A stretch of DNA of 64,000 bases from NCBI GenBank assembly GCA_963848295.1, contig CAWKDB010000010.1, positions 352,001 to 416,000 of the forward strand, given 5' to 3'. Within the stretch, counting starts at the first letter, position 1. The number at the start of each line of letters is the position of its first letter. Source of the stretch: an uncultured delta proteobacterium (lineage in GTDB: Bacteria > Myxococcota_A > Polyangia > Haliangiales > Haliangiaceae). The position numbers were made by a program, and so were the translations under genes. The notes below the pieces were generated by a model, which saw only the letters and a list, made by a program, of their open reading frames with translations, was not told the DNA's origin and searched no databases. Below are positions 60,109 to 64,000 of this stretch, in pieces.

Positions 60109-60843
60109 TTAATTCTCGAAGCAGTACAGCACGCTGAGGGTCGAGCAAGCCCGGTCGCCGTTCGCCGTCCACAGGATCGCCGGGCCGGAGGAAAGGTCGT
60201 TACCGGAACCGCCGGTGCCGCCAGCGCTCGACGTCCAGTCAGCGCAGTCGTCGCCTCCGCCCAACCGTCCAGCGGGATTCGAACCGGTCCACACGAGGTC
60301 GCCGAGCACCTCAGTCGTTCCATCGGGAAACATGTCGATCGCGTGTGCCGGGCCGTTCGCCAAGAGATCGCCGAGGCTCGAGGCCACGAGCGTCGTGTTG
60401 TCGACGAGGTTCCATGGGCCTGCCGAGAGCCGATCCGCGGCATCGGCGTGGGATGTCGAGACCCACGCAACCCAATGGCCGCCGAGCGCATACTTGGTGG
60501 CCTGCGCCGCGCACAGGTTATCGGCTCCGGCCGCTCCGGGATCGGCGCCCGTTCCGGCTCCGGCGGTAGCCAGATCGCCGTCGAGGCTGAGGTCGGTGAC
60601 GAATACTCGCGAGACCCCGAGCGCATCGACGCTGCCGTGTGCATCGCCGTGTGCATCGGTCGACGATGATGCATCCGAGTGCGAATGCGTCGCGTCTACC
60701 ATCATGTTGCCATCCGATCCACAGGCGGACTGACTCGCGGCGAGTGTCGCGGCGAGTAACGCGAGACCGACCTTGCGAGCGCTGGGTGACGGCGCGACCG
60801 GCGCAGAGCTGACAATGCGGATGCGGGGACCGAGGTGGGGCAC
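60109..60843 (-). CDS. DUF1554/endostatin-like lipoprotein
   Basis: RVFVT..GDL, GADNLC..QA, WVAWVS, WTGS, C.DWTS, LYCFE; lipobox SQSAC. Confidence 0.75.
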   Translation of the reverse strand: MPHLGPRIRIVSSAPVAPSPSARKVGLALLAATLAASQSACGSDGNMMVDATHSHSDASSSTDAHGDAHGSVDALGVSRVFVTDLSLDGDLATAGAGTGADPGAAGADNLCAAQATKYALGGHWVAWVSTSHADAADRLSAGPWNLVDNTTLVASSLGDLLANGPAHAIDMFPDGTTEVLGDLVWTGSNPAGRLGGGDDCADWTSSAGGTGGSGNDLSSGPAILWTANGDRACSTLSVLYCFEN

Positions 60844-60848
60844 ATGAG

Positions 60849-60876
60849 CCGATGCGCGCCGATTGGAGACGTTGCA
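60849..60876 (-). promoter_or_regulatory. Candidate ECF promoter, copy 3
   Basis: TGCAAC-GTCTCCAATCGGCGC-GCATCGG, 5 nt before the 60843 start. Confidence 0.65.
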
Positions 60877-60902
60877 AGAAAACTCGGCGATCGCCTCGGC
60901 CG

Positions 60903-60968
60903 CCGGAGCGCGACGCGTGGTCAGAGCTCGCGGAGGCCCGGCGCCGCGACGAGCTCGCGAGCCAACTC
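60903..60968 (+). pseudogene. Remnant of a paralogous kinase N-terminus
   Basis: PERDAWSELAEARRRDELASQL vs PEPDAWSELAQTGPRNELEAHL. Confidence 0.7.
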
Positions 60969-61098
60969 GCGCATACGCACGAAGGCGCCCCGCACCGCGG
61001 CAGGCGAGGCGTTCACGGTCGAAGGCATGGTCATCGGTTGGAGCACCGAAGTAATCCAGGAGGACGCGATGGCGAGGCCGGCGATCGGCGCGCAGGCA

Positions 61099-61557
61099 CT
61101 ACTGCAGCGCGCACTGCACGAGCGACAGGTGATTGCCGTCGACCTTCGTCACCTGGCATTTGGTCGCCTTGACCGTGTCGGTGGCCTTGATCGCCTTGGC
61201 CTTGGCCGCCTTGCCGAAGTCTGCGAAGGTCAGCGTGACCGCGTGCCCGTTGCCGGCATCGGCGTCGATGCCGTACTCGCCCGCCGGATCATCCTTGATC
61301 GCCTTCGCGGTCACCTCGACGGAGACCGGCTTGAACTCGAGAAGGTCCATCTGCTCGAGGCCCGCGACCTTCGTGAAGATCTCGTCGGCCTTGTAGACTT
61401 TGTTCGGATTGTCGGTGGCCGGCTTGGCGGGCGCAACAGCGGGAACGGCGGCGCCGGGAACTGGGTTGGCGACCGCGGCGGGCGCATCGTCGCGCTTCTT
61501 CGCGCACGCGGTGAAGACAGCTGCGGCGACGACGATCACGAGCAGAGACCTTGTCAT
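61099..61557 (-). CDS. Lipoprotein, possible OB-fold
   Basis: MTRSLLVIVVAAAVFTAC lipobox. Confidence 0.75.
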   Translation of the reverse strand: MTRSLLVIVVAAAVFTACAKKRDDAPAAVANPVPGAAVPAVAPAKPATDNPNKVYKADEIFTKVAGLEQMDLLEFKPVSVEVTAKAIKDDPAGEYGIDADAGNGHAVTLTFADFGKAAKAKAIKATDTVKATKCQVTKVDGNHLSLVQCALQ

Positions 61558-61757
61558 GGCGGCTCTATAACATGGCGGCTTGGCCCCTACTGTTACCTTT
61601 CGACCCAAGCTCGAGCGTGCGCCGATCGGCTCGCACGGGCAGACCCAGGGCGATGTCCCGTCTGTTGTTGAATCTTGGTGACGGTTGCGGTGGTGATCAC
61701 TACGGGGCCTTCGTTCACGTTGCAACGGGTGCGTTCGTGTTTCGTGAATGAGCGCGG

Positions 61758-63458
61758 TCAGTCGGGCGCTGCGATGAACGTATCCCACGCGGCCTCAGTC
61801 GGCGGATTGCGTGCGAGCCACGCCTCGGCACCACCGCCGCGCACGCGCGCGTAGTCGGTCTCGGCGAGTGGAACAAGCAGCAAGATGCGAACGCTTTGCG
61901 CGGTGCCCATTGCGACTGTGCCGCCGTCGGCGATCACGAAGCCACCGATCCTCAGTTCCTCGATCGGTGCAGCGACCGTATCGCCGACCTTCCAACCGGT
62001 TGGCGCTTCGAGCGCGAACGAGGCCAGCACGCCGACGAGCTTCACGAGCTCAAGCGTCTCGAGGGGGACCCACGCAGCGACTTCAAACCGCGCCTTGCGG
62101 CCAAACCCGTTCGTGACGACAAGGAACCCGCGACCGTCTTCGCGTGCGCGCACCTCGACGTTGTGCTCCAGCGGTTGCCGGCTGTTTGCAGGGACGTCAC
62201 GAACGATGTGACTCGGTACGAGCTCGGCGAGGCCGCGATCGAATAGCGCCTGGTAGAGGTTCACCGCGATGTCGCCGTCGACGGAGAGTTCGCCTCTTGC
62301 AACGAGCTCGAGGTTGCCGTCGAGATCAGTGACTGCGTAGGTCGTCGCCGCACCACGGTCGTCGATCTCAAGTGGCCACGCTCCGATGGAGAGTCGCACC
62401 GGCACAGAGATCGTATCGCCCGCTTGAAATTCGCGATTGTCGCGGATCATCCGATAGCACGCGTAGAGCACGGCCTCGTGGCGGCGCGACCGACTCCAGC
62501 GATCATCGGCATTCACCGCCGCAAGCACGTCGGGCAGGCCGAATACGTCCATGCCGAACGTCGCGTACCTCGCCTCGCCGTCGCGTCGCGTGATCGCGAC
62601 ATCGAGCCAGGCCGCGAACGGCCGACACTCAGGATCGTCGAGTTCGCCGAGTGCGCGCACGAACTCGTCGATCGGTACGACGAGATCACCTGCACGATGC
62701 AGCACGACGCCCGTCGCCGAGTCCGCGAGCATGCAAACGAGTCGGCTGAGCTGGCGCATCGAGCCGTCGGGCGCCCAGCAGTCGCGCGTGTTGGCGAGGA
62801 TCGCTCGAGCCTGACGCTCGCCGCCGGGCAGGCCCATGCCGAGGCCGATAAACGAGCGACCGAGGTCGAAATCCTCGGCCACGTTGCGCGCATCGAGCCC
62901 ATCTTTCGGGAACGTCGCGCGCCCCGCGTATGTCAACACGTTGCCTCCCGGCATCGCGAACTCCAGGTCGCGCTCGACTTTCACGTCGAAGCCATCGCGC
63001 GGGAACCCGCGCGCCGCAGCCCATGTACGCACAGCCTGGTGGCCCGTCGGCAACGGCTCGCCCAGCAACACGGTGATGATCCCAAGTTGGCGCGCCGTCG
63101 CAGCAGCCTGCGCGGGCGGCTGGGTGCGGCTAGGAAGCCCTTGCTGCGCGTCGCGCGCTGACAGCAACGCATCGTAGTTCGCGTCGGCTGGAGCGAGCTT
63201 CACGACCCGAGCCTTCCAGCCGCGCGGGTCGGAAGCGATCTCCTCGACGATCACCGACGCACCGACGACGGGTTCGAAGCCTTTACACGCCGATCGACCG
63301 AACCGAAGTCCCTCGCCGCTCTCAAGCGCGAGCGTCCCGACCGCATCGGCGACCAAGAATGTCGCGATCGTCGCGCGAACCGGCACTTCGGGCGCGGTCG
63401 TGACCGGCAGTGGCGCAGCGGTCTGCTTTGTCTTACGAAACCGGTCGAAGATACTCAC
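61758..63458 (-). CDS. Multidomain protein with DUF4261-like middle and Suppressor-of-fused-like C-terminus
   Basis: YATFGMDVFGLPDV; LVVTNGFG..FEV..GDTV..ILLLVPLAETDY. Confidence 0.6.
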   Translation of the reverse strand: MSIFDRFRKTKQTAAPLPVTTAPEVPVRATIATFLVADAVGTLALESGEGLRFGRSACKGFEPVVGASVIVEEIASDPRGWKARVVKLAPADANYDALLSARDAQQGLPSRTQPPAQAAATARQLGIITVLLGEPLPTGHQAVRTWAAARGFPRDGFDVKVERDLEFAMPGGNVLTYAGRATFPKDGLDARNVAEDFDLGRSFIGLGMGLPGGERQARAILANTRDCWAPDGSMRQLSRLVCMLADSATGVVLHRAGDLVVPIDEFVRALGELDDPECRPFAAWLDVAITRRDGEARYATFGMDVFGLPDVLAAVNADDRWSRSRRHEAVLYACYRMIRDNREFQAGDTISVPVRLSIGAWPLEIDDRGAATTYAVTDLDGNLELVARGELSVDGDIAVNLYQALFDRGLAELVPSHIVRDVPANSRQPLEHNVEVRAREDGRGFLVVTNGFGRKARFEVAAWVPLETLELVKLVGVLASFALEAPTGWKVGDTVAAPIEELRIGGFVIADGGTVAMGTAQSVRILLLVPLAETDYARVRGGGAEAWLARNPPTEAAWDTFIAAPD

Positions 63459-63502
63459 GCCATGTGAAGTAGCACGGCTCCGACGCGGTCGTCATCGCAT
63501 CG

Positions 63503-64000
63503 CTACGCGGCCTTCGTTCGCGATGCAACGGGTGCGATGGAGTTCTCGTGATGCGCGAGCGCGCGCATCAGCTGGGTCATGCCATCGCGCGCACCTGTGA
63601 TCCTGCGGAAGCGCGTTGCGGCATCGGCGACAGCTGTCACCGTCCACCGCAAGATCATCTTGCCGCCACGCCAGCGCTTCACGCGGCGTGAGAGCTGACG
63701 GACCGAGCCCATGAGGTTCTCGATCGCGTTCGTCGTTGAGAGCTGCCGTTCGAGCTGTTTCGGGAGGCCGAGGCGCTTCACGGCGAGCGTCTCGTCGAGC
63801 CCTTCTTCGAGGGACGCCGCCGCACCAGGATGATCGTTCCGGAGACGACGCACGAGGTTCGTCAGCGTCGAACGTGCACGATCGGCGTCGCTCGCGGCGT
63901 ACGCGTCGCGCAAAGCCTGCCGCACCGACGGCTTTATCTCGTCGGGAAGCTGGTCGAGAACGTTGCGAGTCTTGTGCGCCTGGCAGCGCTGGACGATCGC
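63503..64000 (-). mobile_element. IS256 family transposase (C-terminal part; runs off the window)
   Basis: VQRCQAHKTRNV, HPGAAASLEEGLDETL, STTNAIENL, RRVKRW. Confidence 0.92.

Larger units (their letters stand above)
37087..64000. mobile_element. Integrative genomic island at tRNA-Leu (right boundary not seen)
   Basis: Integrase stop 4 nt from the tRNA 3' end, excisionase, then mosaic cargo with IS pieces and gene fragments. Confidence 0.65.

Noticed and set aside
63459..63502. Terminal IR of the IS256 element
   Set aside because: No recognisable IR after the stop codon, and the other end is outside the window, so it cannot be verified
37087..64000. Prophage, or an attR copy of the tRNA-Leu 3' end
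   Set aside because: No capsid, terminase, portal or tail genes recognised, and no second GGTTCGAGTCCCCCCGATCGC found by eye

Overview
High-GC bacterial DNA with myxobacterial (Kofleriaceae/Haliangium-like) gene content; the taxonomy is inferred from gene types only. Bases ~1-33,800 look like resident chromosome: an nSTAND1-WD40 protein, an orphan B12/radical-SAM RiPP methyltransferase, many secreted proteins and lipoproteins, tRNA-Phe, a Ser/Thr kinase, a DUF4129-DUF4350-MoxR-DUF58-SpoIIM-RDD cluster, and an Ig-lipoprotein/OmpW/beta-barrel/GH31 operon. An apparently intact IS of an uncharacterised DDE family follows (33854-36165, with inverted repeats and a target duplication). An integrative island begins at tRNA-Leu(CAG) (37005-37086): tyrosine integrase, excisionase and an orphan gene, transcribed divergently from a WYL regulator across a GAA/TTC palindromic array. 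Its cargo runs to the window end and includes RCC1 lipoproteins, Sel1, HEPN, aspartyl protease, immunity-like genes, a membrane-anchored ECF sigma, a zinc-finger kinase/ECF sigma pair with a thrice-repeated candidate promoter, and IS3, ISAzo13 and IS256 pieces. I saw no attR, CRISPR array, rRNA or reverse transcriptase. Family assignments are from motif recognition, not database searches.
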